Assembly (NCBI GenBank): GCA_913045195.1
Contig: CAJWQR010000004.1
Location: forward strand, 1-63,883
Length of the DNA: 63,883 bases
From: an uncultured Legionellales bacterium
Lineage (GTDB): Bacteria > Pseudomonadota > Gammaproteobacteria > Eutrophobiales > Eutrophobiaceae
Reading direction: 5' to 3'
Below the pieces are notes generated by a model, which worked only from the letters and a program-made list of their open reading frames with translations, searched no databases and was not told where the DNA came from. Every line of letters begins with the position of its first letter. The first letter of the stretch is position 1. A program made the position numbers and the translations under genes. Below, one piece after another: positions 1 to 12,282 of this stretch.

Positions 1-1395
1 ATCATCTGAATCAATGTCTTTTGATTTGAATATTTTCTTTGTTTTTTTCTTTATTAACTTTGTTGTACTTCTAGGGATTATGCTTGCCTTTTTAAATGTT
101 TCTAGTATATCTTCTGCATGCAAGCGTGATTGCTTTAATCCATGTTGCAATTCTATTTCTTCTTCTTCTGTAAATTTATTAAATCCTAATTTATGCATTA
201 AAGGCCTAATAGTAGATGCATTTATTAATAATGAAAAAAGTACAACGCCGAGTGTTACATAAATTAGAGTTTCACGCCCTGGCATATCAAAAGGTATGGA
301 TAAGACAATTGCAATTGCTAGTCCTCCTTTCAATCCGCCCCACCACATGATGTGTCTCTCATTGGCGCTAACTTTAGGTAAATCGAATACCTTCACAGTA
401 GCAGGAACTAAGCCATATACCCCGACTGCTCGGGCAATTAATACTAGTATAATTGCAAGGAAAATTGTTCCGGCGTGTGTGAAAAGTAGAGAAACATCAA
501 CAGATAACCCGACCAATAAAAATAAAAGTGAATTACAAACTAAAGCTAAAACATCCCATGTTTCATCAACTGTTTCCTTTTCTCTTTTGGGTATACGGCT
601 CACACCTAGAAGACCTAATGTTATGGCTGAAGAAACAACTGCCATAACTCCCGAAACGTGCATTATATGTTCAGAAATTGCAAAGCTACTATACGCTAAA
701 ACAATTGACATAATAAGATATGCGCTTATATTTGCTCGTACTAGACGAAGTAATTCACAAACAATAATTCCTACTGCTATGCCAACAAATAATCCACCAA
801 AAAATACTTTAGAAAATTCTGCGATTGCGATATAAAAATCGAATACCCCAAACTGCTCCCATATTGATATACCAAGCAAAATATTAAATAAAACAATAGC
901 TGTTGCATCATTTAATAATGATTCACCTTCAACAAGAATTGTTAATCGATGAGGTGCGCCTAATTCTTTAAATAATGAAATAACAGCAACAGGATCCGTT
1001 GCAGATATTAATGCACCAAAGATTAATGCATAAATAATATTAAAATCTTGAATAAACCATAAACCTAGCCCAATAATAGCAGTAGAAATTAATAATGCAG
1101 GGATAGCAAGAATTAATATTGGAATAATATCCTTCATTAAGGATCGAGCATCAAGATTGATCGCTGATTCAAAGATTAATATAGGCAGAAATAAGAACAA
1201 AACTAAATCAGGGCTTAACTGAAAATCAAGTAAAAAATTAAGTTCGGGATTCTGACGTGCAAGCGAACCAAAAAATATACCTAAAATGACAAGAAAAACT
1301 GTATAGGGTATCGGAACATAACTGCATACAGCAGCAGCAACCATTGAGATAGTTAATAAACCCATTACAACTAGTATAATTTCGGATAATGGCAT
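1..1395 (-). CDS. Na+/H+ (cation:proton) antiporter, CPA1/NhaP-type; the 3' end runs off the window start
   Basis: The ORF is open to the window edge, so it is absent from the ORF track. My minus-strand translation from ATG 1393-1395 gives MPLSEIILVVMGLLTISMVAAAV... with many hydrophobic helices. It contains GALISATDPVAVISLFKELGAP, as in CPA1 exchangers. A charged soluble tail is still open at base 1. Confidence 0.75.
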   Translation of the reverse strand, partial: MPLSEIILVVMGLLTISMVAAAVCSYVPIPYTVFLVILGIFFGSLARQNPELNFLLDFQLSPDLVLFLFLPILIFESAINLDARSLMKDIIPILILAIPALLISTAIIGLGLWFIQDFNIIYALIFGALISATDPVAVISLFKELGAPHRLTILVEGESLLNDATAIVLFNILLGISIWEQFGVFDFYIAIAEFSKVFFGGLFVGIAVGIIVCELLRLVRANISAYLIMSIVLAYSSFAISEHIMHVSGVMAVVSSAITLGLLGVSRIPKREKETVDETWDVLALVCNSLLFLLVGLSVDVSLLFTHAGTIFLAIILVLIARAVGVYGLVPATVKVFDLPKVSANERHIMWWGGLKGGLAIAIVLSIPFDMPGRETLIYVTLGVVLFSLLINASTIRPLMHKLGFNKFTEEEEIELQHGLKQSRLHAEDILETFKKASIIPRSTTKLIKKKTKKIFKSKDIDSDD

Positions 1396-1428
1396 AATCT
1401 TTGCCCAAAATATTATTATTACAAAATA

Positions 1429-2343
1429 TTAGATTGTAACTGATTCTCTCGAAAATCTACTAAGTATTATTACTATCAACAAACCAAAAATCATCATAGT
1501 TATCGAATAAAATACTTGTTCGCTTAATAGTTCAGGAATTTGCGGTCGTGATGAAGTCATTATTTCCTTGTTCTGAATAATTTCGTAAAAACGATTCTGA
1601 AATGGCCAAATTACATATAATGAAGCTATCAATAATCCAGTCATAAAAAGAATAGTTTGCTGATAAAAGTATTTTAATATGTATGAAATTAAACGACTAA
1701 AGACAATTAGCCCCGTTATAACACCAAAAATAAAGGGGACTATAATATAAAGTTCAATATGGCCTATTGCATTTAAAATATAAGCATATTTTTTCATCAT
1801 CAACAAAACAAATGATCCAGAAACGCCCGGCAATAACATAGCCGATATTGCAACTATTCCACAAATAAAAATAAACCAGTTATCATCAGGCGTTGATGAT
1901 GGCGTTAAACTAATAAAATAAACGCCAAAAAAAAGACCAAATAACAAGAAAATAAAATATTTTGATATTAAATTAGTGCCTAATCTATATAAAAATAATA
2001 TTATTGAGCCCAATACTAAACCAAAAAATAAACCATAAATAATTTCTGAATGAGTCCGAACTAGTATAGGTAATGGAATAATCCGTGTAAAAAAGAATAT
2101 TGCACTTAAAATACCTAGCCCCAAAGGGATTAAAAAATTAAAATCTGGTCTCTGTAATACGCCCTTAAAATTTAATGAAAAAATCATGCTTAACCATTTA
2201 CTATCAAATGATTTTATTGCATTAATAAGTTTTGGGTAAATACCGAGTATAAAAGCTATTGTGCTGCCACTAACACCAGGAATAACATCAGCTGAGCCAA
2301 TACAAAAACCTTTTATTATTAAATTTAATTTTTTTAAAAACAT
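1429..2343 (-). CDS. DUF368 family polytopic membrane protein (family linked to undecaprenyl-phosphate recycling)
   Basis: 304 aa and very hydrophobic. It has two PGVSGS motifs (VIPGVSGSTIAF and LLPGVSGSFVLL) characteristic of DUF368. Confidence 0.8.
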   Translation of the reverse strand: MFLKKLNLIIKGFCIGSADVIPGVSGSTIAFILGIYPKLINAIKSFDSKWLSMIFSLNFKGVLQRPDFNFLIPLGLGILSAIFFFTRIIPLPILVRTHSEIIYGLFFGLVLGSIILFLYRLGTNLISKYFIFLLFGLFFGVYFISLTPSSTPDDNWFIFICGIVAISAMLLPGVSGSFVLLMMKKYAYILNAIGHIELYIIVPFIFGVITGLIVFSRLISYILKYFYQQTILFMTGLLIASLYVIWPFQNRFYEIIQNKEIMTSSRPQIPELLSEQVFYSITMMIFGLLIVIILSRFSRESVTI

Positions 2344-2358
2344 AAAATGTAAATATTT

Positions 2359-3429
2359 TTATTTTGCATGGTATTTCATACTTAAATCATGAACTGCTTC
2401 AATTAGAACTTCAACGTTCTCTGGATCAATATCTGGTGTTATTCCATGCCCAAGATTAAATATATGCCCTGGGCCTCTGCCATAACTGCCCAAAATTGAT
2501 TCAACTTCTTTAACAATCGTTTCTTTCTTTTCCTTTAACACTGCTGGATTCATATTGCCCTGTAACGCAACACGGTCTCCGACTTTTCTTCTTGCCTCTC
2601 CTATATTGCATTGCCAATCAAGACTTATAGCATCACAACCAGTTTTTGCTATATCATCAACCCATAAATGAGAGCCTTTTGTAAATAATATAACTGGTAC
2701 TGTTAGTCCATTAAACTTATTTTCTAAATGATCACAAATTTTCTTCATATAAAAAAGTGAGAATTCCATATAAGCAGATGTTGTTAAAATCCCTCCCCAA
2801 GTATCAAAAATCATTATAGCTTGTGCGCCCGCATTTATTTGCGCATTTAGATAAAGTATCACCGACTCCGAAAGGTGGTTAAGTAATAGATGTAAAGCAT
2901 CTGGATCTTCTTGTAACATTTTTTTTGCCTTAATAAATTCTTTACTTGACCCTCCCTCAATCATATAAGTTGCTAGCGTCCATGGACTACCGGAAAACCC
3001 AATCAATGGAATACTGCCACTTAATTCGCCTCTCACAAGCCGAATAGCGTCCATGACATACCTTAATTCATTTTCTGGGTCCGGAAGGGGAAGATTCTTT
3101 ATATCGTTTAAACAACTAATCGAGTTTTCAAATTTAGGTCCGACCGATTCAATTAATTTTAAACCTAAACCCATTGCATCAGGAATGGTAAGAATATCTG
3201 AAAATATGATGGCAGCATCTAATTGAAAACGATCGATTGGTTGCAAAGTAACCTCACAAGCTAATTCGGGCGTTTGGCATAAGGTAAGAAAATCTCCCGC
3301 TTTCAAGCGTGTTGCTCGATATTCGGGTAAATAGCGGCCCGCTTGTCGCATTATCCATACAGGAGTTATGTCAACAGGCTTTCGAAGTAGCGCCTTAATT
3401 AAGCGATCATTTTTTAGTGTTGCAGACAT
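2359..3429 (-). CDS. hemE: uroporphyrinogen decarboxylase
   Basis: 356 aa. It has the N-terminal signature [16 protein letters not shown] and a full-length HemE-like sequence. Confidence 0.95.
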   Translation of the reverse strand: MSATLKNDRLIKALLRKPVDITPVWIMRQAGRYLPEYRATRLKAGDFLTLCQTPELACEVTLQPIDRFQLDAAIIFSDILTIPDAMGLGLKLIESVGPKFENSISCLNDIKNLPLPDPENELRYVMDAIRLVRGELSGSIPLIGFSGSPWTLATYMIEGGSSKEFIKAKKMLQEDPDALHLLLNHLSESVILYLNAQINAGAQAIMIFDTWGGILTTSAYMEFSLFYMKKICDHLENKFNGLTVPVILFTKGSHLWVDDIAKTGCDAISLDWQCNIGEARRKVGDRVALQGNMNPAVLKEKKETIVKEVESILGSYGRGPGHIFNLGHGITPDIDPENVEVLIEAVHDLSMKYHAK

Positions 3430-3564
3430 TATGAAAGTTATAAGTAAATCGATGAATTCATTCTTTATTGAATCATACTGTATTCAGCGTGTGATTACAT
3501 CGACAACTTATATTTATGCGTTAGAATAAACTTCTATAAATATTAACTATCAAGTGAGGTTATT

Positions 3565-3915
3565 ATGCTGATTCCAGTGAGTGAATTGGTTGCTGCTGCT
3601 AAATCTAATTGCGACTGTTTTGATCATGTTCAGGCAAAACTATTTTTTGATAGAAATGAAAAAGTTATTATTATCGATGTTAGAGAACCGAAGGAGCTAG
3701 AAGTATCCAAACTAAAAGATTCCATAAATATCCCTCGTGGCCTTTTAGAAATGAAAATTACAGAAATTTGCGATAAAGATAATACGCCCATACTTATCCA
3801 CTGTAGAACCGGCGGACGAGCCTCTTTATCTGCGCATGCGCTACAAATAATGGGTTACTCAAATGTTCACGTTATTGACGCAAAGTATGATGACATCAAA
3901 ATAACATTCGGATAA
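3565..3915 (+). CDS. single-domain rhodanese-like sulfurtransferase
   Basis: 116 aa with the active-site loop HCRTGGRAS. A GAGG sequence lies upstream of the ATG. Confidence 0.8.
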   Translation: MLIPVSELVAAAKSNCDCFDHVQAKLFFDRNEKVIIIDVREPKELEVSKLKDSINIPRGLLEMKITEICDKDNTPILIHCRTGGRASLSAHALQIMGYSNVHVIDAKYDDIKITFG

Positions 3916-3930
3916 ATAAAAACAACGATA

Positions 3931-5376
3931 CTAGACGAGCGCGGGTAAGTCTGTTTGACCCATAAGGTATTTATCAATCCCTGCTGCTGCAGATCTGCCT
4001 TCCGCGATCGCCCAAACAATTAGGCTTTGTCCGCGTCTCATATCACCAGCAGAGAATATTCCTTCAACATTAGTCATCCATGTTTTTTTGTCTGTAATGA
4101 CATTACCGCGATCATCGAGATCAACTCCGAGCTGCTGCAACATACCTGTTTTTTCTGGACCAGTAAATCCCATTGCCAACAAAGCCAAATCACAAGGTAA
4201 TTCTTGAGCACTTCCTCTTACTTCTTCAAATGTAATCTGACCATTGAGATTTCTCACTTCTACTTTTGTAACTTGTAACGCCTTAACATTCCCTTTGCCA
4301 TCATCAATGAACTTTTTTGTTGATACAGAATAAACTCGCTCAACACCTTCTTCATGAGCAGATGCTACCCTAAAAATACGTGGCCATTCTGGCCATGGAT
4401 TATCTTCTGCTCTTACATTCGGAGGTTTTGATAAGATCTCAAGTTGATGTGCTGATTTTGCGCCTTGACGATTTACTGTACCTAAACAATCGGCGCCGGT
4501 ATCGCCTCCGCCAATAATAACGACATGTTTTCCTTTGGCATTAATAAAGTTATTTGGTTTAGCATCACCTTCGCAAACTTTATTCTGCATTGGAAGATAG
4601 TCCATCGCTTGGTGAATGCCTTTTAAATCTCGGCCTTCAACAATTAGTTCACGCGATTCGCATGCACCGCCAGTTAATAACATTGCGTCAAAGTTTTTTT
4701 GCAAATCACTTATTTTTATTTCTGTCCCTACATTGCAATTAGTTTTAAATACCACGCCTTCATCAACTAATTGTAGTAACCTTCTGTCAAGACGTTTCTT
4801 TTCCATTTTGAATTCAGGGATTCCATAACGAAGTAAACCACCAATACGGTCATCGCGTTCAAAAACAGTAACATGGTGTCCAACACGCGCCAATTGCTGA
4901 GCTGCCGCTAAACCAGCAGGGCCAGAACCAACAATGGCGATCTTTTTTTCAGTTTTATTTTCTGCAATCTCTGGTTTTATCCAGCCGTTTTCCCAAGCTT
5001 TATCTATAATCGAAAGTTCAACTGCTTTTATTGTTACAGGCTCATCGTTAATTCCTAATACACAAGACCCTTCACAGGGAGCTGGACATAAAGTACCGGT
5101 AAATTCTGGAAAGTTATTGGTTTCATGTAATCGATTTATCGCATCGAGCCATTGGTTGCGATAAACTAAATCATTCCAATCGGGGATGAGATTCCCTAAA
5201 GGACAGCCCTGATGACAAAAGGGTATACCACAATCCATACAACGAGCAGCCTGTTTTTTTAAGGGTTCGACGGGCCATGTTTCCATAACTTGATTCCAGT
5301 CATGCAAACGTTTTTCTACTGGTCGGTAGGGTTGTTTTTCCCTCTTAAACTCGATGAACCCTGTTACTTTACCCAT
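3931..5376 (-). CDS. gltD: glutamate synthase (NADPH) small subunit
   Basis: It has the [16 protein letters not shown] FeS motifs and the [10 protein letters not shown] and GGGDTGADC nucleotide folds. I moved the start to ATG 5374-5376 ([10 protein letters not shown]...), which overlaps the gltB stop (ATGGGTAA). The track ORF extends to 5439. Confidence 0.9.
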   Translation of the reverse strand: MGKVTGFIEFKREKQPYRPVEKRLHDWNQVMETWPVEPLKKQAARCMDCGIPFCHQGCPLGNLIPDWNDLVYRNQWLDAINRLHETNNFPEFTGTLCPAPCEGSCVLGINDEPVTIKAVELSIIDKAWENGWIKPEIAENKTEKKIAIVGSGPAGLAAAQQLARVGHHVTVFERDDRIGGLLRYGIPEFKMEKKRLDRRLLQLVDEGVVFKTNCNVGTEIKISDLQKNFDAMLLTGGACESRELIVEGRDLKGIHQAMDYLPMQNKVCEGDAKPNNFINAKGKHVVIIGGGDTGADCLGTVNRQGAKSAHQLEILSKPPNVRAEDNPWPEWPRIFRVASAHEEGVERVYSVSTKKFIDDGKGNVKALQVTKVEVRNLNGQITFEEVRGSAQELPCDLALLAMGFTGPEKTGMLQQLGVDLDDRGNVITDKKTWMTNVEGIFSAGDMRRGQSLIVWAIAEGRSAAAGIDKYLMGQTDLPALV

Positions 5377-8300
5377 GTGCGGCCTCCATAACAGCCTCAT
5401 CTTCTGATGCACCCGTTTCCTGCGCTTTTCTAATAGCATTTAAAACACGTTTATAGTCTTTTGGCATGATTTTAATAAATTTTGACTGATAACGATCCCA
5501 ATTATTTAAAATATTTTTCGCAACAGTGCTTTTTGTAAAATTAATATGTTTTATAAGTAATGTTTTTACGGTCTGACAATCCTCGTCGTCTATTAATTCG
5601 TCTAAGTCAACCATTCCCTTGTTACAATTAATTTCAAAATCTCCATGCTCATCTAAGACATAAGCTATACCGCCTGACATTCCCGCGGCAAAATTACGGC
5701 CAGTTTTTCCAATAACAACGACTCGTCCTCCCGTCATATATTCGCAACCATGATCACCGATTCCTTCAACAACCGTATTAACACCGCTATTTCTAACACA
5801 AAAACGTTCGCCAGCAATTCCTCGAAAATATGCTTCGCCCTGAGTTGCGCCGTAAAGAACGACATTACCAATAAGAATATTTTTTTCTGCAACAAAAGTA
5901 GATTTTAATGGGGGGTATACAATAATTTTACCGCCTGATAACCCCTTGCCAATATAGTCATTCGCATCACCCTCAAGTGTTAAGGTAACACCCTTAGGAA
6001 CAAATGCGCCAAAACTCATACCTGCCGATCCCTTAAAATGAATTTTTATTGTATCTTCGGGAAGCCCTTCACTCCCAAAACGCTTTGTAATCTCATAACC
6101 AAGTATTGTGCCAGTCGTCCGGTTAGTATTTCTGATTTGCATCGTAATATTAACTTTCTTACTTTTATCTAATGCTTCCTCACACAATGGAACTAATTTT
6201 GTAACATCAAGTGATTTTTCCAAACCATGTTCCTGTTTGTTAACGCAATAAATTTGATCGTCTGCACGTGGTTCCGGTTTGTAGAGTATTTTTGAAAAAT
6301 CGAGTCCCTTTGCCTTCCAGTGATCAGTTGCTTTTCTAACGTCTAATTTATCAACCTGTCCAATCATTTCATTAACCGTCCTAAAACCAAGTTGGGCCAT
6401 ATAATCACGAACTTCTTGTGCAATAAATTTAAAAAAGTTTTCGACAAACTCAGGCTGACCTAAAAACTTTTTAGTAAGTTCTGGATTTTGAGTAGCCACG
6501 CCAACAGGGCAAGTATTTAAATGGCAAACGCGCATCATAATGCAACCCATAACGACTAGTGGCGCAGTTGAAAAACCAAATTCTTCTGCGCCTAACAGAG
6601 CTGCAATAACAACATCCCGTCCAGTTTTAAGTTGCCCATCGGTTTGCACAACGATACGATCTCTTAATCCATTTTGAACAAGAACCTGCTGTGTCTCCGC
6701 AACGCCCAGTTCCCAAGGTAGTCCAGCATGTTTAAGCGAGCTTATTGGTGATGCGCCTGTGCCACCATCATAACCAGAAATTAGAACAACATCGGAGTGG
6801 GCCTTTGCAACACCAGCAGCTACTGTACCAACCCCCACTTCAGCGACTAACTTGACGTGAATACGTGCATTAGGATTTGAATTTTTCAGGTCATGTATGA
6901 GTTGTGCTAAATCCTCAATTGAATAAATATCATGATGCGGCGGAGGTGAAATTAAACCGACGCCGGCCGTAGAATGACGTACCTTTGCAATCCATGGATA
7001 AACTTTAGTTCCTGGTAGCTGTCCTCCTTCACCAGGTTTTGCACCCTGAGCCATCTTGATTTGTAGATCATCGGCATTTGCCAAATATTCGCTTGTCACA
7101 CCAAAACGTCCCGAAGCTATTTGTTTAATTGCGCTTCTTCTTGAATCTCCATTTTTATCTCTGACATATCGATCTGGATCTTCACCCCCTTCACCAGTGT
7201 TCGATTTACCACCAATACGATTCATAGCAATTGCTAGGGTTTCATGTGCCTGTTTGCTAATTGAACCATATGACATAGCCCCCGTTGAAAAACGTTTCAT
7301 AATATTTTCAATTGGCTCAACTTCATCAACTGAAATTGAGTTTTTGGCAAATTTAAATTCAAATAAACCTCTGAGTGTTGCTAAATTTTCATTTTGCTCA
7401 TCAACTAATGAGGTATATTCTCTAAAAATCTCGTATTGACCCGAACGAGTAGCGTGTTGTAATTTAAAAACCGTATCAGGGTTAAAAAGATGGTATTCGC
7501 CATCACGACGCCATTGGTATTCTCCTCCCCATTCCAATTCTCGTTGTTTAATTTCGCGAACTGGATAGGCATTGTTATGACGTTGACTTATTTCTTTTGC
7601 TATCACGTCAAGACCAATGCCGCCAATACGGGATGCTGTCCAAGTAAAGTATTGGTCAACAAATTCTTTTTCAAGACCAATTGCTTCAAAGGCTTGAGCA
7701 CCACAGTATGACTGTACTGTGGAGATTCCCATCTTCGACATTATTTTGACCAGTCCTTTATTTATTGCTGCGATAAAATTCTCTACCGCTTCGCTATGCT
7801 CCATGTTCAACAAATGATTTTTTCTAACTAAATCCCCCAAGGATTCAAACGCAAGATATGGGTTGATGGCTCCTATACCGTAGCCTAAAAGTACGGCAAA
7901 GTGATGCGTTTCTCTTGGTTCACCTGATTCAAGAATTATTCCGATTTGTGTGCGTTTACCATTCCGAATTAGGTGATGATGCACGCTAGCTGTAGCCAAT
8001 AAAGCTGGTATAGCTGTTTTATTCTCATCAATATTACGATCAGAAAGAACAACAAAGCTATAACCCTCCTCAATTGCAATATCAACTTCGTTACAAACTT
8101 CTTTTAATGCTTTATCTAAACCTGTAGCGCCTTTTTTAACTGGATATAAAATTGGAATTGTTTTCGTTTTAAACTCAGGAAAATCTACATTTTTTATCTT
8201 AGCCAATTCTTCATTCGTTAAAATTGGAGAATTGATCTTAATTCTTCGACAACTTTCCGCGGTTGGTTTTAATAAATTACTTTCTGGCCCAATAGTTGTC

Positions 8301-9952
8301 GCCACCTGAGTTACTAATACTTCTCTTATGCCATCTAAAGGTGGGTTAGTTACCTGTGCAAACAACTGTTTAAAATAATCGTAAAGAAGACGTGAACGAT
8401 TTGACAATACTGCTAAGGCAGCATCTGTCCCCATTGAACCAGTTGGCTCCATACTATTTTTTGCCATTGGCGCCATGAGAATTTTTAAATCTTCATAGGT
8501 ATAACCAAATATTTGCTGGCGCTGAAGTAGAGTTCCCGAATTGAGATAAGAAATTTCCTTGGGAATTGACAACTTTTCAATTGGTACCAAATTTTTTTCA
8601 AGCCATTTTCGATATGGTTCAGCAGTAACAAACTCTTTTTTCAATTCTGCATCATCTATAATACGGCCTTGTTTTGTATCTACCATAAAAATACGGCCAG
8701 GATGTAATCGTTCCTTTATTGCTACATTTTCCGGTGCTATATCTAAAACACCGACTTCAGATGCCATAACAACCATGTCATCTTTTGTCACATAATAGCG
8801 TGATGGTCTGAGACCGTTTCTATCGAGCACAGCGCCAATAACTTCACCGTCGGTAAAAGCAATGGATGCTGGACCATCCCAAGGTTCCATCAGACAAGCA
8901 TGGTATTCATAAAAATCTTTTCTTTCTTGGTCCATTGTTTCATGTCCTGACCAAGCTTCTGGAATCATCATTAACACTGCATGAGGTAATGGACGACCCG
9001 ACATATATAAGAATTCCATTACGTTATCAAAAATTGCAGAATCGCTACCACCCTCCGTGATAATTGGAAATATTTTTTTTATATCATCTCCAAATAATTC
9101 CGACTCACATAATGATTCACGTGCACGCATCCAATTACTATTTCCGCGTACGGTATTAATTTCTCCGTTGTGTGAGATATATCTAAATGGATGTGCGAGT
9201 CGCCATTCCGGCATTGTATTGGTTGAAAAACGTTGGTGAACAAGCGCCAATGCTGATTCAACATCTGGGTCAGAAAGATCCGGGAACATTGGTTCAAGCT
9301 GGGTACCAGTTAGCATCCCCTTATACAAAAAAGTACGATATGACAATGAAGGAATATAAAATAAATTCTGTTCAGTCATACCAGAATTCCAAATTAAATT
9401 TTCAACCCGCTTACGAATAACATAAAGTTTACGGTCAAAAGCTGCTGAATCTAATTCACTATTTTTGCCGATAAAGATTTGTTTAAAAGTCGGCTCCCCT
9501 TCTCTTGCTGTTGGTCCCAATAATGAATCATTGGTGGGGACATCTCGCCAACCTAGTAATTCTTGGTTTTCTTCTAAAATTATCTTCTCAAAGATTTCTT
9601 GGCAACGTTGCAATTGAGATTTATCTAAAGGTAAGAAAACCATACCTGTCCCATAGTCCTCATCATAAGGTAATTCTATTTTGATATCTGCGCAAACACG
9701 TTTAAAAAATTTATGTGGTTTTTGAATAAGAATACCGACACCGTCACCTGTGTTTTCTTCGCATCCACACGCGCCACGATGTAATAAATTCTTAAGAATA
9801 GTTAAAGCATTATCTACTATTTTATGGGACTGACGGCCCTTCATATCGACAACAAACCCAACACCGCATGCATCACTTTCTGTCTGCGGCTCATATAAAC
9901 CTTGTTGTACTTGAATTTTTTTCATATAGAGTCTATTCCGCCTATCAAACAT
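5369..9952 (-). CDS. gltB: glutamate synthase large subunit
   Basis: 1527 aa. It has the N-terminal amidotransferase Cys (DACGVGFV), FMN and 3Fe-4S regions, and the C-terminal GXGXG barrel. An alternative start is M10 (9925). Confidence 0.95.
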   Translation of the reverse strand: MFDRRNRLYMKKIQVQQGLYEPQTESDACGVGFVVDMKGRQSHKIVDNALTILKNLLHRGACGCEENTGDGVGILIQKPHKFFKRVCADIKIELPYDEDYGTGMVFLPLDKSQLQRCQEIFEKIILEENQELLGWRDVPTNDSLLGPTAREGEPTFKQIFIGKNSELDSAAFDRKLYVIRKRVENLIWNSGMTEQNLFYIPSLSYRTFLYKGMLTGTQLEPMFPDLSDPDVESALALVHQRFSTNTMPEWRLAHPFRYISHNGEINTVRGNSNWMRARESLCESELFGDDIKKIFPIITEGGSDSAIFDNVMEFLYMSGRPLPHAVLMMIPEAWSGHETMDQERKDFYEYHACLMEPWDGPASIAFTDGEVIGAVLDRNGLRPSRYYVTKDDMVVMASEVGVLDIAPENVAIKERLHPGRIFMVDTKQGRIIDDAELKKEFVTAEPYRKWLEKNLVPIEKLSIPKEISYLNSGTLLQRQQIFGYTYEDLKILMAPMAKNSMEPTGSMGTDAALAVLSNRSRLLYDYFKQLFAQVTNPPLDGIREVLVTQVATTIGPESNLLKPTAESCRRIKINSPILTNEELAKIKNVDFPEFKTKTIPILYPVKKGATGLDKALKEVCNEVDIAIEEGYSFVVLSDRNIDENKTAIPALLATASVHHHLIRNGKRTQIGIILESGEPRETHHFAVLLGYGIGAINPYLAFESLGDLVRKNHLLNMEHSEAVENFIAAINKGLVKIMSKMGISTVQSYCGAQAFEAIGLEKEFVDQYFTWTASRIGGIGLDVIAKEISQRHNNAYPVREIKQRELEWGGEYQWRRDGEYHLFNPDTVFKLQHATRSGQYEIFREYTSLVDEQNENLATLRGLFEFKFAKNSISVDEVEPIENIMKRFSTGAMSYGSISKQAHETLAIAMNRIGGKSNTGEGGEDPDRYVRDKNGDSRRSAIKQIASGRFGVTSEYLANADDLQIKMAQGAKPGEGGQLPGTKVYPWIAKVRHSTAGVGLISPPPHHDIYSIEDLAQLIHDLKNSNPNARIHVKLVAEVGVGTVAAGVAKAHSDVVLISGYDGGTGASPISSLKHAGLPWELGVAETQQVLVQNGLRDRIVVQTDGQLKTGRDVVIAALLGAEEFGFSTAPLVVMGCIMMRVCHLNTCPVGVATQNPELTKKFLGQPEFVENFFKFIAQEVRDYMAQLGFRTVNEMIGQVDKLDVRKATDHWKAKGLDFSKILYKPEPRADDQIYCVNKQEHGLEKSLDVTKLVPLCEEALDKSKKVNITMQIRNTNRTTGTILGYEITKRFGSEGLPEDTIKIHFKGSAGMSFGAFVPKGVTLTLEGDANDYIGKGLSGGKIIVYPPLKSTFVAEKNILIGNVVLYGATQGEAYFRGIAGERFCVRNSGVNTVVEGIGDHGCEYMTGGRVVVIGKTGRNFAAGMSGGIAYVLDEHGDFEINCNKGMVDLDELIDDEDCQTVKTLLIKHINFTKSTVAKNILNNWDRYQSKFIKIMPKDYKRVLNAIRKAQETGASEDEAVMEAAHG

Positions 9953-10188
9953 ATGAGAAAAGTTATGTGCTGATTACCAAGAAAATCACATTCTAAGGAA
10001 ACTCCTAAAAATGTAGTTTTTTATTGTTATAAAATTCTAGTCGAGCTTTCCGTGCTAGACACAAAAGGGCTGAAATTATAATAAAGCACTGTGTTTATGT
10101 CACGATACATCATCCACAAATTAACGAAAATATTTTGTGCATTAACCATATTTTAACATATTTATCAATAAGTTAGCCTATAATCGGA

Positions 10189-11109
10189 CTATTTAAGCAG
10201 CTCTTTTATACTCTTAACCGTTCTCACCCAAGGTTTTATTTTTCTGGCTTTTTGGGGTAATTTTTCAATTTCAGCTCGCGCTAAATCACTATCATCATAT
10301 AGACCATAAACTAGAATATAACGCTTTTCTCCAAACACAGGTGCTGAAAACCTAATAATTTGATCATCATTATCAAAAAATTCCAAATAATTTTTGATAG
10401 TTTCTTCCTTAATAGCGCTGATTAATTGTAGTACATATTTTTCTGGCTCTTGATTAACCAACCAATTTATATCTTTTTTAAAATTATTAGTAATTTCAAT
10501 CTTTTCTTTGCTTTCAATTACAGGAAGAGTACTGTTTGATGTTTCAATATCTTCATTTTTATTTTTATCATTTAATTGTGTTAAAACTTCTTCATTGGGA
10601 TTCTGCGTGCTATCAATTGCTGTCTGGTTATCATCATGATTTAAATCTGAAATTACAGTTGCAGATAATTCAGTATCGCTGGGCGGCTCCATAACTTCCT
10701 TCATGGCAATCAATAGGCTTTCATCCAATTTTGCTTTATTTTCAATCTTTTCTGGTAATTTTATTTTTAATGTCTGTTTTATATTCTCATCCTCCAATCT
10801 AAATGGAAGCATTGTATAGATATAAAGTAATACAAATATCGACAGTAATAATAATAAATAAAATAATTTATATTTCGTTAACAACAAAATATTATTTAAA
10901 ATTAAATGATTTTTAGTTTTTTTTGTCTTTTTTACTGGGTCATCTAAATATTGTAAGCATAAAATATCAACTCTATCTGCAATCCCATTGGATAAACGGT
11001 ATATTTTATTTACAATTTTATCTGTAAAGATATTTTCATCAGATAATGTATTGCTTATATATTTCTCTTGAATATATAATTTTACTTCATGTTCATTTAA
11101 CACTGACAT
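10189..11109 (-). CDS. DamX-like membrane protein with a C-terminal SPOR domain; the N-terminus resembles only the tail of an ExeA-type AAA+ domain
   Basis: It has one TM segment (LFYLLLLLSIFVLLYIYTML). The C-terminus YVLQLISA...RYILVYGLYDDSDLARAEIEKLP is SPOR-like. It lies downstream of aroK-aroB, as damX does in enterics. Confidence 0.6.
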   Translation of the reverse strand: MSVLNEHEVKLYIQEKYISNTLSDENIFTDKIVNKIYRLSNGIADRVDILCLQYLDDPVKKTKKTKNHLILNNILLLTKYKLFYLLLLLSIFVLLYIYTMLPFRLEDENIKQTLKIKLPEKIENKAKLDESLLIAMKEVMEPPSDTELSATVISDLNHDDNQTAIDSTQNPNEEVLTQLNDKNKNEDIETSNSTLPVIESKEKIEITNNFKKDINWLVNQEPEKYVLQLISAIKEETIKNYLEFFDNDDQIIRFSAPVFGEKRYILVYGLYDDSDLARAEIEKLPQKARKIKPWVRTVKSIKELLK

Positions 11110-11126
11110 GTAGAAATAAAAATCCT

Positions 11127-12275
11127 TTATTTGTTCTCACTAATTCTTTTGTATTCAGATAGGGCAAAACGATCTGTCATGCCAGCTATGTAATCAGCAA
11201 TTATTCTGGCCTTCCTCTGTTCGTCTTTAATTTGTGAATCTTTTGTAATTTTCATATGAAGCTCATCTGTTAGAAAAATTGGCTGCTCCATATAAATATT
11301 AAAAAGGTATTTAACTGTTTCGGCTGCTTGTTGCGACATAAGGTTAACTTGTTCGTGCTGATATAGATTTTTTCGTAAAATTTTCTTTAAATTGTTATGT
11401 TCCTTTTCGGTTGTTTGACTCATCTTAATTAATGATTTACTGCATTCGCGAATAGAATCAACGCTTGCAGGTTTATATTTACCAATTAAGTCCCTACTGG
11501 TCTCAATAAGGTCACTAACAATGTAATCTATCATTCTTCTAACAATCTCGTGTCTAATTTTTCTTTCATTTAGATCCTTCCATTTTTTCACTACTTCCCT
11601 ATAGTTACTTTCAACAAATTTTGATTCTCTTAGTGAGTCGATATTTAGTAAGTTAGCCCTTAAACCATCATCAATGTCATGATTATTGTATGCAATTTCG
11701 TCGGCAATGTTTGCAATTTGTGCTTCTAGGCTTGGTTTATTTTTCTTAATAAAGCGCTGACCTAATTCGCCTAACCCCAATGCATTTTTTTTAGAACAAT
11801 GCTTTAAAATACCCTCTCTTGTTTCATAAGTTAGATTCAGTCCTGGAAAATCTGCATAACGTTCCTCCAGTAAATCAACTATTCTTAAAGATTGTAAATT
11901 ATGCTCAAACCCGCCGAAATCCTTCATACAATTATTTAAAGCATCCTGCCCTGCATGCCCAAATGGCGTATGCCCAAGATCATGTGCGAGGCATATTGCC
12001 TCTGTAAGATCTTCATTTACATCAAGAGCACGTGCAATTGTTCTACCTATTTGGGCAACTTCTATGGAATGTGTTAATCGGGTGCGAAACATATCTCCTT
12101 CATGATTGACAAATACTTGTGTTTTATATTCTAAGCGACGAAACGCTGAGGAATGAATAATGCGATCACGATCGCGTTGAAATTCATTCCTATAGTTTGA
12201 TTGGCCTTCATTATATGCTCTTCCTTTGGACTCATTAGGTAGTGCAGCAAAGGTTGCTAATTCTCTTACTGCCAT
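11127..12275 (-). CDS. dGTP triphosphohydrolase-like HD-domain protein
   Basis: 382 aa. HD motifs HSIEVAQIGR...AHDLGHTPFGHAG are typical of the Dgt-like family. Confidence 0.9.
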   Translation of the reverse strand: MAVRELATFAALPNESKGRAYNEGQSNYRNEFQRDRDRIIHSSAFRRLEYKTQVFVNHEGDMFRTRLTHSIEVAQIGRTIARALDVNEDLTEAICLAHDLGHTPFGHAGQDALNNCMKDFGGFEHNLQSLRIVDLLEERYADFPGLNLTYETREGILKHCSKKNALGLGELGQRFIKKNKPSLEAQIANIADEIAYNNHDIDDGLRANLLNIDSLRESKFVESNYREVVKKWKDLNERKIRHEIVRRMIDYIVSDLIETSRDLIGKYKPASVDSIRECSKSLIKMSQTTEKEHNNLKKILRKNLYQHEQVNLMSQQAAETVKYLFNIYMEQPIFLTDELHMKITKDSQIKDEQRKARIIADYIAGMTDRFALSEYKRISENK

Positions 12276-12282
12276 GAAGTCC

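Noticed and set aside
14-835. Plus-strand track ORFs 14-262 and 296-835
   Set aside because: They lie antisense to a much better minus-strand frame that is open from 1395 to the window edge and encodes a clear CPA1 antiporter. Their own translations are low-complexity with no motifs.
4616-9420. Numerous 60-130-aa ORFs on the plus strand inside gltD/gltB (for example 7056-7439 and 8559-8795), plus the minus-strand ORF 9079-9297
   Set aside because: They are shadow frames of long, highly conserved genes. None has an RBS or a recognisable domain.
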